Positions 30,057 to 40,042 of a DNA stretch of 64,000 bases are shown piece by piece. The DNA is taken from positions 2,648-66,647 of the forward strand of contig CAMZKN010000065.1 of the NCBI GenBank assembly GCA_947311315.1, in the 5' to 3' direction. The translations under genes and the position numbers were made by a program. The stretch is from an uncultured Desulfobulbaceae bacterium. GTDB lineage: Bacteria > Desulfobacterota > Desulfobulbia > Desulfobulbales > Desulfocapsaceae. The notes under the pieces were generated by a model. The model saw nothing but the letters and a program-made list of their open reading frames with translations, ran no database searches and had not been told where the DNA came from. Position 1 is the first letter of the stretch. Every line of letters begins with the position of its first letter.

Positions 30057-31109
30057 ATGCTATATTACATTTTAAAACGGATTGTATTGATGATTCCCAC
30101 ACTTTTTGGAGTGATGGTCATTACATTTACTATAACTCAGTTTGTTCCTGGCGGGCCTGTTGAAAAGTTGATTGCAGATATAGAAGGATATGGTGGAGCG
30201 GGTGGCGAAATTTCTTCAGGAAAATCCTCGTATCGTGGAAGTTCTGGTTTTGATACAGAACGAGTTGAAGAACTTAAAAAATTATATGGGTTTGATCAGC
30301 CACCTGTCACCCGATTTTTTAAGATGATGAAAAGCTATCTGGTGTTTGATTTTGGAACATCATATTATCATCACCAAAGTGTTTTCCAGCTCGTCGTTTC
30401 CAGGATGCCGGTTTCCATGTCACTTGGGCTCTGGACGTTTCTCATTGTTTATGGAGTCTGTATACCGTTGGGGATTAAAAAAGCTGTAATGGAGGGGAGT
30501 CGTTTTGACATACTAACCTCAACCATAATCCTGGTGGGATACGCTATCCCAGGCTTTGTACTTGGCGTTGTTCTTGTTGTTCTTTTTGGTGGCGGCAGCT
30601 TCTGGTCTGTTTTTCCTCTAAGGGGAATTGTTTCTGATAACTGGAGCGAGCTTGGTTTGTCAATGAAGATACTTGACTATCTTTGGCATATGGTCTTGCC
30701 CATCATTGCCAGCAGTGTTGGCAGTCTTGCTGTTATGACAATGCTCACAAAAAATTCTTTTCTGGAAGAAATCCGAAAGCAGTATGTGCTCACTGCCAGG
30801 GCCAAAGGCTTGTCGGAGTCTCAGGTGTTGTATAAACATGTGTTTAAAAATGCTATAATTCCTATTATCACCGGCTTTCCTGGTTATTTCATTGCTTCAT
30901 TTTTTACTGGCAGCCTTCTTATTGAAACTATTTTTTCACTTAACGGTATGGGCTTGCTTGCCTATGAATCCGTTCTTAACCGGGATTATCCCGTTGTTCT
31001 CGGTACGCTCTATTTTTTTACCATTATTGGTCTTGTTTCTCGTTTACTGTCGGATTTAAGCTACGTGGCCGTTGATCCCCGGATCAGTTTTGGAGGCTTT
31101 GATGGTTGA
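30057..31109 (+). CDS. yejB: Oligopeptide/microcin C ABC transporter permease
   Basis: LKRIVLMIPTLFG, QFVPGGPVE, LYGFDQP, EAARAKG-like LTARAKGLSE, RDYPVVLG. Start ATG 30057. Confidence 0.9.
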   Translation: MLYYILKRIVLMIPTLFGVMVITFTITQFVPGGPVEKLIADIEGYGGAGGEISSGKSSYRGSSGFDTERVEELKKLYGFDQPPVTRFFKMMKSYLVFDFGTSYYHHQSVFQLVVSRMPVSMSLGLWTFLIVYGVCIPLGIKKAVMEGSRFDILTSTIILVGYAIPGFVLGVVLVVLFGGGSFWSVFPLRGIVSDNWSELGLSMKILDYLWHMVLPIIASSVGSLAVMTMLTKNSFLEEIRKQYVLTARAKGLSESQVLYKHVFKNAIIPIITGFPGYFIASFFTGSLLIETIFSLNGMGLLAYESVLNRDYPVVLGTLYFFTIIGLVSRLLSDLSYVAVDPRISFGGFDG

Positions 31110-32157
31110 TTCCAGTACTTCGGGAAACGGCAGATTGACAACGGTTAGTATACGGGCAAAAAGCTGGCAGAGATTCAAAAGAAACAGGCGTGGCTATTAC
31201 AGCCTGATTCTCTTTGCGATTCTTTTTGGTATAAGTCTGCCTGCGGAAATAATTAGCAATGACGTTCCTCTGCTGGTGAAATATGAAGGTCAGTATTACT
31301 ATCCAATAATTTTTGAATATCCCGAAACCATCTTTGGTGGAGATTTTGAAACGGAGACTGATTATAAGGATCCTTTTATTTTAGATCGTTTGCAGGAGTC
31401 AGGAAATTTTGTGATTTTTCCACCAAACGACCATAGCTTCAACAGTATTAACGAGGAAATTGATGGGCCTGTTCCCTCCCCACCATCTAAGGATAATCTG
31501 TTGGGCACGGATGATCGCGGACGTGATGTTCTGGCAAGGATCATTTACGGATTCAGGCTCAGTGTCCTTTTCGGATTAATATTGACTTTTGTCGGGACGG
31601 TAGCAGGTATAGTCGCTGGAGCTGTGCAGGGTTACTTTGGCGGGCGAACGGATCTCATTTGTCAAAGATTTATTGAAATATGGGGTGCGATGCCTGAGCT
31701 TTACCTGCTTATTATTTTTGCTTCAATTTTTCAGCCAAGTATTTTTCTTCTTCTTTTATTACTTTCTCTTTTCAGTTGGATGGGGTTGTCGGACTACGTA
31801 CGGGCAGAATTTTTAAAAGGAAGAAACCTTGAATATGTTAAAGCAGCAAGAGCCCTGGGCGTCGGCAATATTGTTATTATGTGGAGGCATCTGTTACCGA
31901 ATGGTTTTACCCCTGTCATTACCTTTTTGCCATTTCGGGTTTCTGCCGCCATACTTGCTCTGACGAGTCTGGATTTTTTGGGACTTGGTGTTCCGCCGTC
32001 CACACCGAGCCTTGGGGAATTATTGGCCCAAGGCAAGGCGAACATAGATGCCTGGTGGTTGTCTTTGTCAGCATTTTTTATTCTTGTGATGACTCTTGTC
32101 CTGCTGATTTTTATTGGTGAAGCACTGAGGGAAACCCTCGATCCTCGAAAAAGATAA
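31102..32157 (+). CDS. yejE: Oligopeptide/microcin C ABC transporter permease
   Basis: WQRFKRNRRGYYSL, LGTDDRGRDVLARIIYGFRLS, RAEFL..RNLEYVKAARALG, PSLGELLAQG. Confidence 0.9.
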   Translation: MVDSSTSGNGRLTTVSIRAKSWQRFKRNRRGYYSLILFAILFGISLPAEIISNDVPLLVKYEGQYYYPIIFEYPETIFGGDFETETDYKDPFILDRLQESGNFVIFPPNDHSFNSINEEIDGPVPSPPSKDNLLGTDDRGRDVLARIIYGFRLSVLFGLILTFVGTVAGIVAGAVQGYFGGRTDLICQRFIEIWGAMPELYLLIIFASIFQPSIFLLLLLLSLFSWMGLSDYVRAEFLKGRNLEYVKAARALGVGNIVIMWRHLLPNGFTPVITFLPFRVSAAILALTSLDFLGLGVPPSTPSLGELLAQGKANIDAWWLSLSAFFILVMTLVLLIFIGEALRETLDPRKR

Positions 32158-32311
32158 TTGGATCAGTCCGTTGATGGTCATTTGTGGTTATTAAGTGTTT
32201 TCTGAAATTGACTTATTGGTGAACTGATTATATGGTAGTCAGTTAAATTGATTTGACCTCTTTTTGAAAAACGACTTTTTCAAAACTTAGAAAGAATACG
32301 TATTGAAATTA

Positions 32312-33103
32312 ATGGAAAAAAACTTTCTTGCCCGTCTTGGAGATTCCGGGCTCTATATTTTGACCGATCTTGGCAGGATGGCAATCTTTCTTCTAAAAGC
32401 GTTGAGAGGTGTGTTCAGACGCCCTTTTAGGTTGAAAGAGCTACTGCGACAGATTCATTTCACCGGGGTCGGTTCTTTGGCTGTTATTTTTTTTACAGCC
32501 ATATCAACGGGAATGGTACTTGGTTTGCAAGGATATTATTCCCTGAGCAAATTTGGGGCCGAGGGGATGCTTGGTTCTGCTGTCTCGCTCACACTTGTTA
32601 TGGAACTGGGCCCTGTTCTTACTGCGCTGATGGTGACTGGTCGAGCGGGTTCGGCCATGTGTGCAGAATTGGGAATCATGAGAATATCCGAACAGATTGA
32701 TGCTCTGGACTGTATGGCAATCGATCCTTTTAGATATTTTATCACCCCAAAATTTCTGGCTATGCTCGTTTCGGTACCACTGCTCACCGCTGTTTTTGAT
32801 GTGGTTGGTATTACTGGTGGTTATATTGCGGGCGTTGGTTTGATGGGTGTGAATCCTGGTAGTTACTTTGCGGGAATGCAAAATAGTGTGACAAATCACG
32901 ATATTTGGCTGGGTATTGTGAAATCATTTGTTTTTGCCCTGCTCATTGTCTGGATCTGCACAGGCAGAGGATATTTTGTCCAGATGATACGGGGGGCCGG
33001 ATTTGGTGCTGAAAGTGTGAGCCGTGTGACGACCCAGGCGGTTGTGCTTTCTTCCATATCAATTCTTGTTTTCGATTATCTAATAACAGCGGTGCTTCTG
33101 TGA
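32312..33103 (+). CDS. mlaE: MlaE lipid-asymmetry ABC permease
   Basis: ELGPVLTALMVTGRAGSAMCAELG.M..SEQIDAL, GAESVSRVTTQAVV. Confidence 0.93.
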   Translation: MEKNFLARLGDSGLYILTDLGRMAIFLLKALRGVFRRPFRLKELLRQIHFTGVGSLAVIFFTAISTGMVLGLQGYYSLSKFGAEGMLGSAVSLTLVMELGPVLTALMVTGRAGSAMCAELGIMRISEQIDALDCMAIDPFRYFITPKFLAMLVSVPLLTAVFDVVGITGGYIAGVGLMGVNPGSYFAGMQNSVTNHDIWLGIVKSFVFALLIVWICTGRGYFVQMIRGAGFGAESVSRVTTQAVVLSSISILVFDYLITAVLL

Positions 33104-33885
33104 TGACCCCTGCGATAGAGTTTAAATCGGTTACGAAAACGTTTTCGAAAAGAGATGGAACTGTACAATCCGTTCTTGATGATGTGGATTTTTCTATTCC
33201 TGCGGGTAAAACGACCGTTATTGCCGGTGGCAGCGGGCAGGGGAAAAGCGTTACACTCAAGCTTGTTCTTGGTTTAATGCAGGCTGATTCAGGTCAGATC
33301 CTTATCGATGGTAAGGATGTGACGAGGGCGCGTGGAAGAGTGCTTGAGGAGCTTCGCATGCAGTTTGGTGTATTGTTTCAGGGGGCAGCGCTTTTTGATT
33401 CTCTTACTGTTTTTGAAAATGTAGCCTTACCACTCAGGGAGAGAACCCGCAAAACTGAGGCTCAAATTAAGGAAATGGTGGGCTATTCTCTGGAGCAGTT
33501 TGAGCTTGCAGGTCACGAAGAGAAATATCCGGCACAGCTTAGCGGTGGTATGCAGAAAAGGGTTGGACTCGCAAGGGCCATGCAACTGGAACCTGCCATT
33601 ATGCTCTTTGACGAGCCCACCACAGGACTTGATCCCGTGATGACGCAGGAGATATATCACCTTTTTGCCAGAACCCAGGCAAATTTTGGTTTTACCTCTG
33701 TTATCGTTAGCCATGATATTCCTAAAATTTTTAATCTTGCCGATCAGGTGATAATTCTGGATAATGGGAAAATGGATGTGTTTGGTAGCCCTGAGGCGAT
33801 TCAATGGTCAGAAAAGCCACACATTCAGGAATTTGTAAAAACAACAATGGGCGATATTTATCAAAGTCATCTGGTGGAAAAATGA
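33100..33885 (+). CDS. mlaF: MlaF ABC ATPase
   Basis: GGSGQGKS, GVLFQGAALFDSLTV, LSGGMQKRVGLARA, FDEPTTGLDP. Confidence 0.93.
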   Translation: MMTPAIEFKSVTKTFSKRDGTVQSVLDDVDFSIPAGKTTVIAGGSGQGKSVTLKLVLGLMQADSGQILIDGKDVTRARGRVLEELRMQFGVLFQGAALFDSLTVFENVALPLRERTRKTEAQIKEMVGYSLEQFELAGHEEKYPAQLSGGMQKRVGLARAMQLEPAIMLFDEPTTGLDPVMTQEIYHLFARTQANFGFTSVIVSHDIPKIFNLADQVIILDNGKMDVFGSPEAIQWSEKPHIQEFVKTTMGDIYQSHLVEK

Positions 33886-34331
33886 AAAAAAATACTCTTG
33901 AAATAACCGTTGGCCTGTTTATGCTGATTGGCTTTGGCGCCTTTGTCTATCTTGCTTTGCAGTTAGGAGAAGTCTCTCTATTTGGCAATGGCAATACATA
34001 TGTCATCAAGGCAGAATTTGATAATGTGGCGGGGATTAAAAAAGGTGCTGCGGTTCAGGTTGCCGGTGTTGTTGTGGGAAATGTTGTTGGTATTGAATTG
34101 GGTGAAGACGATATTGCACTGTTATCACTGAAAATTAACAATACATTAAAATTACCAGTTGATTCTATTGCATCGGTGAAATCCCAGGGGATAATTGGAG
34201 ATAAGTATATTCAACTGAGTGTAGGTGGTGATGAACAACTTTTTAAGCCAGGGGATCATCTGGTAGATACGGAATCATCTGTGGATATAGAATCACTTAT
34301 CAGTAAATTTGCATTTGGCAGTGCCGAGTAG
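33882..34331 (+). CDS. mlaD: MlaD MCE-domain protein
   Basis: N-terminal TM, AEFDNVAGIKKGAAVQVAGVVVG, IKSQGIIGDKY-type motif. Start ATG 33882. Confidence 0.92.
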   Translation: MKKNTLEITVGLFMLIGFGAFVYLALQLGEVSLFGNGNTYVIKAEFDNVAGIKKGAAVQVAGVVVGNVVGIELGEDDIALLSLKINNTLKLPVDSIASVKSQGIIGDKYIQLSVGGDEQLFKPGDHLVDTESSVDIESLISKFAFGSAE

Positions 34332-34387
34332 TATTGAAAAATCAGATGTGTAACTTTTCTCGGTACAACATAATTTTCGCGGAAATA

Positions 34388-35026
34388 ATGATGAAAAATA
34401 GAGTTTGTTTTGCTGTCCTCTTTGTAATGCTGTCTGTCTCTGGTGTTTTTGCTGCTGATAGAGGGCCTACTGCTCAACTGAAACCGGTTATGGATGAATT
34501 ATTAAACGTTCTTTCTGATGAAAGTCTGATGGGCAGGCAACACTTTGAAGAACGACGTGCCAAGATAATGTTGAACATCAAAAAAGGATTTGACTTCAAA
34601 GAGATGTCAAAACGTATTCTTGGTAAAACATGGCGTAAATTGAGTGATGCTGAAAGAGACTCATTTACTGAACTAATGACTAAGCTTCTTGGAAATGTAT
34701 ATATCGGCAAACTTGAAAGCTATTCAGGGGAAGCAATTACTTTTGATGCCGAAAGAATAAAAGGGAAACGTGCTCAGGTAACCACCATTTTTGAGGGGAG
34801 CGGTGGTAAGATTCCCATTCACTACATAATGAGAAAAAAAGGAGAGTCCTGGCTGGTATATGACATTAATATAGAAGGTGCAAGTTTAGTGAGGAATTAT
34901 CAGGAACACTTCAAAAGTATACTTCGGCAGAAAAAATATGCCGGACTTGTTAAAGTAATTGAAGAAAAGAATTGGGCCTTTGAGCAGGAACAAAAACTTA
35001 ACTCAACCGAAAAAGAGAGTAAATAG
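34388..35026 (+). CDS. mlaC: MlaC/ttg2D periplasmic lipid-binding protein
   Basis: Signal peptide, FDFKEMSKRILGKTWR, WLVYDINIEGASLVRNYQEHF. Confidence 0.9.
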   Translation: MMKNRVCFAVLFVMLSVSGVFAADRGPTAQLKPVMDELLNVLSDESLMGRQHFEERRAKIMLNIKKGFDFKEMSKRILGKTWRKLSDAERDSFTELMTKLLGNVYIGKLESYSGEAITFDAERIKGKRAQVTTIFEGSGGKIPIHYIMRKKGESWLVYDINIEGASLVRNYQEHFKSILRQKKYAGLVKVIEEKNWAFEQEQKLNSTEKESK

Positions 35027-35033
35027 AAATACA

Positions 35034-35483
35034 ATGGTTTCGTACGATACTCATGTGAAGGAACGTTGTTTCTCTTTCTTGCAGGAAGATGAGGCTCAAG
35101 TTCTTTTGAGTTTGATGGATGAACGGATTTGTAAAGCTGGTACGCATCTCTTTGAGAAAGGCGATCCTGCCAACTGTTTGTATCTAGTAGTCAGTGGGAA
35201 AATTGCGGTTCAAAAACGAACCGGTTTCGGAGAGAGGACCCAGGTGGTTGCGCTATTGGGGGCCGGTGCTCCTGTTGGTGAAGGTGGATTGCTCGAAAAA
35301 AAAGAAAGAGGATCGACTCTGCTGGTGGTTCAGGATTCTAAACTTCTTGTGTTTAAAAGATCTGCTTTTTTGCAGTTGTGTTGCGAGAATAACAGCCTTG
35401 CGGTCAAGATCCTGCAATGGTTGCTCGAAAGAGTTGTGGTACGCTTGCAAAAAAACTCTGAACGGCTGGCACATATATTATAG
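35034..35483 (+). CDS. Stand-alone cyclic nucleotide-binding domain protein
   Basis: LFEKGDPANCLYLVVSGKI, GAPVGEGGLL..ERGSTL; no HTH. Confidence 0.85.
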   Translation: MVSYDTHVKERCFSFLQEDEAQVLLSLMDERICKAGTHLFEKGDPANCLYLVVSGKIAVQKRTGFGERTQVVALLGAGAPVGEGGLLEKKERGSTLLVVQDSKLLVFKRSAFLQLCCENNSLAVKILQWLLERVVVRLQKNSERLAHIL

Positions 35484-35721
35484 TTACCTTATTTGTATAG
35501 AATGGATGAATTTGAGGGCGAAAATTTCTGGTTTTCGTGATCTCAAAAAATAGTTTTTTATGTCAAATGTGTTTTTTCCTAGCCAATCTGATATAAATTG
35601 ATTATTTTTGTTTCTTTTTGTTTTTTGACTTTAGACCATGTTGGTTAAATTTTGCGGGGATAAGGCGTTTTATCCCGTTGAAATAGTTTGCAGTTAATTT
35701 GTACTTAATTTGGAGGATACA

Positions 35722-35910
35722 ATGGCATTACCTAAAAGAAGACACTCTCATTCACGTACCCGAAAGAGAAGATCACATGACAGTTTGACAGCTCCGGGAC
35801 TTTCAGTTTGTCAGGAATGTGGAGAGCCTAAAGAACCCCATCGCCTCTGTGGCGGTTGTGGAAAATATAAAGGCAGGTCTGTTTACGTTTTTGATACTGA
35901 GATTGATTAA
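35722..35910 (+). CDS. rpmF: 50S ribosomal protein L32 (Zn-binding form)
   Basis: MALPKRRHSHSRTRKRRSH, CQECG..HRLCGGCGKYKGR. Confidence 0.97.
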   Translation: MALPKRRHSHSRTRKRRSHDSLTAPGLSVCQECGEPKEPHRLCGGCGKYKGRSVYVFDTEID

Positions 35911-36050
35911 TACCTCCTGGAAGTTCCTTTCTTGTCTGTTAAGGAGGAATTTAATAACAGTATGTATTTCATACGATAATTGATGAATTCGGGCAAATTT
36001 ACCTGAATTGAGTTCGTATTTCTCCCCGATTACGGGGTTAGGAGATTGTT

Positions 36051-37070
36051 GTGCAAATAGCCCTGGATGCTATGGCAGGGGACCATGGCCCTGAGGAACT
36101 GATTGCCGGGGCACTGCTTGCTGTCGAAGAGACAGGTGTGAATATCAGCCTGGTCGGAGATGAAAAGATCATTGCTGCGCATCTGGAAAAACTGGATCCC
36201 GGTTCGAAAATGTCGTCCCGGGTGTCGGTCGTTCATTCGTCACAGGTTATCGAGATGAACGAACATCCTGTCGATGCCATTCGGAAGAAAAAAGATTCTT
36301 CTGTAATGGTAGCTTTTGAGCTTGTTCGGCAGGGACAGGCGGGAGCGGCCGTAAGTGCCGGCAATTCCGGTGCCACTATGGCCGCAGGAGTGCGCAAACT
36401 TGGAAGGTTGAAAGGAATTTCACGTCCCGGGATTGCTTCGTTGTTTCCAACTCTGAAAAAACCTGTTGTTCTGATGGATATTGGTGCAAACGTAGATTGT
36501 CGTGCCCAGCACCTTTTTCAGTTTGCAGTGATGGCCTCGGCGTTTTCCGGTATCCTTGATAATAAATATCCACGGGTGGGTTTGTTGACCATCGGCGAAG
36601 AGATTGGCAAAGGTAATAGCCTTATCAAGGAAACGTATCCGCTGCTGAAAGACAGTTCCATGAACTTTATTGGCAATGTCGAAGGTCGGGATATTTATCA
36701 GGGAAATGTTGATGTAATAATATGTGATGGTTTTGTTGGGAATGTTTGCCTGAAGGTCAGTGAAGGTTTGGCTGAGGCGGCAATGATGATGCTAAAAGAT
36801 GAAATAGTTAAATCATTTATGGCAAAGATCGGTTATTTGCTTGCCCGGCAGGCTTTTAAATCGTTTAAAAAGCGGGTCGATTACGCTGAATACGGCGGTG
36901 CACCTCTACTTGGGATTAATGGTACAGGCATCATCTGCCATGGCAAGTCGAGTTCTCATGCAATTAAAAATGCAATTATTGAAGCGGCGAAGATGGTTAA
37001 AAGGAATTTAAACCAGAATATTCTTGAGAGTCTTTCTGCTGAAAAAAAAGTTGAACATATGGAGACATGA
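36051..37070 (+). CDS. plsX: Phosphate acyltransferase
   Basis: IALDAMAGDHGP, SAGNSGA, DIGANVD, GNVEGRD, CDGFVGN, CHGKS. Confidence 0.97.
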   Translation: MQIALDAMAGDHGPEELIAGALLAVEETGVNISLVGDEKIIAAHLEKLDPGSKMSSRVSVVHSSQVIEMNEHPVDAIRKKKDSSVMVAFELVRQGQAGAAVSAGNSGATMAAGVRKLGRLKGISRPGIASLFPTLKKPVVLMDIGANVDCRAQHLFQFAVMASAFSGILDNKYPRVGLLTIGEEIGKGNSLIKETYPLLKDSSMNFIGNVEGRDIYQGNVDVIICDGFVGNVCLKVSEGLAEAAMMMLKDEIVKSFMAKIGYLLARQAFKSFKKRVDYAEYGGAPLLGINGTGIICHGKSSSHAIKNAIIEAAKMVKRNLNQNILESLSAEKKVEHMET

Positions 37071-38044
37071 TGGGAACTGTTGTGTTAGGGACGGGGTCTT
37101 GTTTACCCGGTAAAATCCTCACCAATGTAGATCTGGAATCCATAGTTGAAACAAATGATGAATGGATACGGAGCAGAACCGGAATAGAAGAACGTAGAAT
37201 CGCCGGGAAAGGGGAATATACCTACAAAATTGCAGCGGATGCAGCAAAAAAAGCACTAGCTGCTGCGGGTGTTTCTGCCAGCGAAATCGGGCTTGTTGTA
37301 CTCGGAACGATTAGTTCACATATGCTCATGCCTTCGAGTGCGTGTTTTGTGCAGAATGAAATAGGCGCAGTAAACGCATTTTCTTATGACCTCAATGCAG
37401 CATGCTCTGGTTTTTTGTATGGCCTTGATCTTGCTGATAAATATATTAAAGATGATCACTCAATGAAAGTGCTGGTTATAGGCGCTGAAACGTTGTCTGG
37501 TCGTTTGGACTGGAAAGATAGAAATACCTGTATTCTTTTTGCAGATGGTGCAGGAGCTGCCGTTTGTGGATATTCGGAATCCGATCGAGGTGTAATTGGC
37601 TCTAAGTTACTCTCTGATGGTTCTCTCTGGAAACTTCTGCATATGCATGCCCCAAAGAGTTACAATCCCGATCTGCTCGTTGAAGAAAATGACGGAACCT
37701 TCATTCAGATGGAGGGAAAAGAGGTCTTTAAGCATGCAGTCAGAGCAATGGAAGACTCTGTACGGGGGCTCTTAAAAAAAGAAAATGTTGATTTGGATTC
37801 AATAGATATTTTTATTCCGCATCAGGCCAATATTCGTATCCTTAATAATTTAATTGATCGCTTGAAAGTACCACGGAGTAAAGTATTTATAAACGTTTCT
37901 AAATATGGTAATACATCCGCTGCGTCAATTCCGATAGCACTCGATGAAGCAAACAGCAGTGGTATGATTTCAAAAGGCGATACAGTGTTATTTTGTTCCT
38001 TTGGTGGGGGATTTACCTGGGGCGCAACACTGATTAAGTGGTAA
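37067..38044 (+). CDS. fabH: 3-oxoacyl-ACP synthase III
   Basis: DLNAACSGF, FIPHQANIRI, YGNTSAAS, FGGGFTWG. Confidence 0.96.
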   Translation: MMGTVVLGTGSCLPGKILTNVDLESIVETNDEWIRSRTGIEERRIAGKGEYTYKIAADAAKKALAAAGVSASEIGLVVLGTISSHMLMPSSACFVQNEIGAVNAFSYDLNAACSGFLYGLDLADKYIKDDHSMKVLVIGAETLSGRLDWKDRNTCILFADGAGAAVCGYSESDRGVIGSKLLSDGSLWKLLHMHAPKSYNPDLLVEENDGTFIQMEGKEVFKHAVRAMEDSVRGLLKKENVDLDSIDIFIPHQANIRILNNLIDRLKVPRSKVFINVSKYGNTSAASIPIALDEANSSGMISKGDTVLFCSFGGGFTWGATLIKW

Positions 38045-38059
38045 ACAGGAGAAATACGT

Positions 38060-39208
38060 ATGGATTATTTTTTATCTGAAGAACAACAGATGATCGTTGA
38101 CATCGCAAAGCAGATTACAGACGAAAGAATTATACCCAGTCGTGCTGAACTTGATGAAAAAAACGAGTTCCCGCGGCAGATTTTAAACGAGATGGCCCAG
38201 GCGGATCTTTTTGGTGTACCAATTCCAGAAGAATACGGTGGGTTTGGAGGCGGCTGCCTCGATATAGTTTTAACGCTTGAGCAGTTTGGGCGTGGGTGTC
38301 TTGGCGTAGGCACTGCCTTTGCCGCTAATTTTCTTGGCGTTTACCCGATTATCATTGCCGGTTCTGATGAGATGAAGCAGAAGTATCTCCCTGATGTAGC
38401 ATCCGGAAAACGATTTGGAGCCTTTGGCTTGACTGAAGCGAATGCCGGATCGGATGCTTCAGGTATACAAACAACTGCAGTTCTAGATGGAGATGAGTGG
38501 GTTCTCAATGGTACAAAGCAATGGATAACCAACGGTGGTGAAGCGCAAATTTATTCCATCGTGGCTATTACTGATCGCAGTCGTGGGCCAAGGGGAGCGT
38601 CTCTTTTTGTTGTTGAAGATGGCGACCCCGGTTTTTCTTATGGTGTAAAAGAGAAAAAGATGGGTATTCGTGCTTCATCGACCACTGAGTTGATTTTTAA
38701 AGATTGCCGAATTCCCAAAGATCGGCTTATCGGTAGGAAAGGTACCGGCTTTATAACAGTTATGAAAACGCTTGATCTCTCACGTCCCGGCATTGCAGCA
38801 CTTGGTGTTGGCGTAGCTCAGGGGGCTCTGGATGAAGCGGTCAGGTATGCAAAACAGAGGAACCAGTTTGGCAAACCGATTATTGCCTTTCAGGCAGTAC
38901 AACATATGCTGGCAGATATGGCCATGGGTATTGAATCGGCCAGAGCGCTCGTATACAGTGCCGCAAAACATATTCAGGAGCATCCTAAAAAAATGACAAA
39001 AGCATCGGCAATGTGCAAAGCATATGCCACCGATGTTGCCATGAAGGTTACAACTGATGCAGTACAGGTTATGGGTGGTTACGGATATATGTGTGAATAT
39101 CCGGTGGAAAAAATGATGAGAGATGCCAAAATCCTGCAGATCTATGAAGGAACAAACCAGATACAGCGTAATGTTATAGGTCAGGAACTGAACAAAGAAT
39201 ACTTATAA
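38060..39208 (+). CDS. Acyl-CoA dehydrogenase (Bcd/short-chain type)
   Basis: FGLTEANAGSDA, LNGTKQWITNG, KKMGIRASST, RNQFGKPI, IYEGTNQIQR (catalytic Glu). Confidence 0.95.
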   Translation: MDYFLSEEQQMIVDIAKQITDERIIPSRAELDEKNEFPRQILNEMAQADLFGVPIPEEYGGFGGGCLDIVLTLEQFGRGCLGVGTAFAANFLGVYPIIIAGSDEMKQKYLPDVASGKRFGAFGLTEANAGSDASGIQTTAVLDGDEWVLNGTKQWITNGGEAQIYSIVAITDRSRGPRGASLFVVEDGDPGFSYGVKEKKMGIRASSTTELIFKDCRIPKDRLIGRKGTGFITVMKTLDLSRPGIAALGVGVAQGALDEAVRYAKQRNQFGKPIIAFQAVQHMLADMAMGIESARALVYSAAKHIQEHPKKMTKASAMCKAYATDVAMKVTTDAVQVMGGYGYMCEYPVEKMMRDAKILQIYEGTNQIQRNVIGQELNKEYL

Positions 39209-39242
39209 TGGCCGACTTGGCTAACCAGATATAGGTTGTTGA

Positions 39243-40022
39243 ATGAAAATAATAGTTTGTGTAAAACAAGTTCCTGACGCTAAAGATGTTCGTCTTGACC
39301 CCGAAACAAATACCCTCGCACGGGAAGGCGTGGAATCGATAATGAATCCTTATGATCAGCATGCTCTTGAAGAAGCTGTTCGACTTAAGGAGGAACTGGG
39401 TGGTGAGGTTGTTGTTTTGACCATGGGACCACCACAGGCTGAGGATGTTCTCAGGCAGGCTATCAGTTGTGGTGCAGATAGAGCAGTGCTTGTTTCGGAC
39501 AGAGCATTTGCCGGAGCGGATACCTGGGCTACCGCATATACTCTTGAGCATGCGGTTAAAACGATTGGTGATTTTGACTTGATCATGTGTGGTAAGCAGG
39601 CAATCGATGGTGATACTGCTCAGGTTGGCCCTGGGCTTGCTACCCGATTGGATGTACCTTATCTGACCTGTATTCAAAAAATACGCGAAGCAAAAGAGAG
39701 TGGGTTGGTTGTTGAGCGCATGATGGATGACGGGTTTGATGTTCTTGGTGTAAATCTTCCTGCATTGCTTACAGTTGTGAAAAATATAAATGAGCCGAGG
39801 GTGCCTTCATTAAAAGGAAAAATGAAAGCCAAGAAAGCTGATATTCTTACGTTAAGCAGTGAAGATATTGGTGCAGATGCCGCATGTATTGGCCTTCCCG
39901 GTTCTCCTACGAAGGTTGTAGATGTGTTTCCGCCTCCCCCGCGTGGTGAGCGTGCGGTGCTGCAGGGAACCCTTGACGAGCAGATAGATCAGCTAGTTGA
40001 TAAATTAATTCCATATTTGTAA
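39243..40022 (+). CDS. etfB: Electron transfer flavoprotein beta subunit
   Basis: IVCVKQVPD, MNPYDQHALE, GADTWATA, CGKQAIDGDTAQVGPG. Confidence 0.96.
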   Translation: MKIIVCVKQVPDAKDVRLDPETNTLAREGVESIMNPYDQHALEEAVRLKEELGGEVVVLTMGPPQAEDVLRQAISCGADRAVLVSDRAFAGADTWATAYTLEHAVKTIGDFDLIMCGKQAIDGDTAQVGPGLATRLDVPYLTCIQKIREAKESGLVVERMMDDGFDVLGVNLPALLTVVKNINEPRVPSLKGKMKAKKADILTLSSEDIGADAACIGLPGSPTKVVDVFPPPPRGERAVLQGTLDEQIDQLVDKLIPYL

Positions 40023-40042
40023 CAAAGCGGAGAATTCTTGAT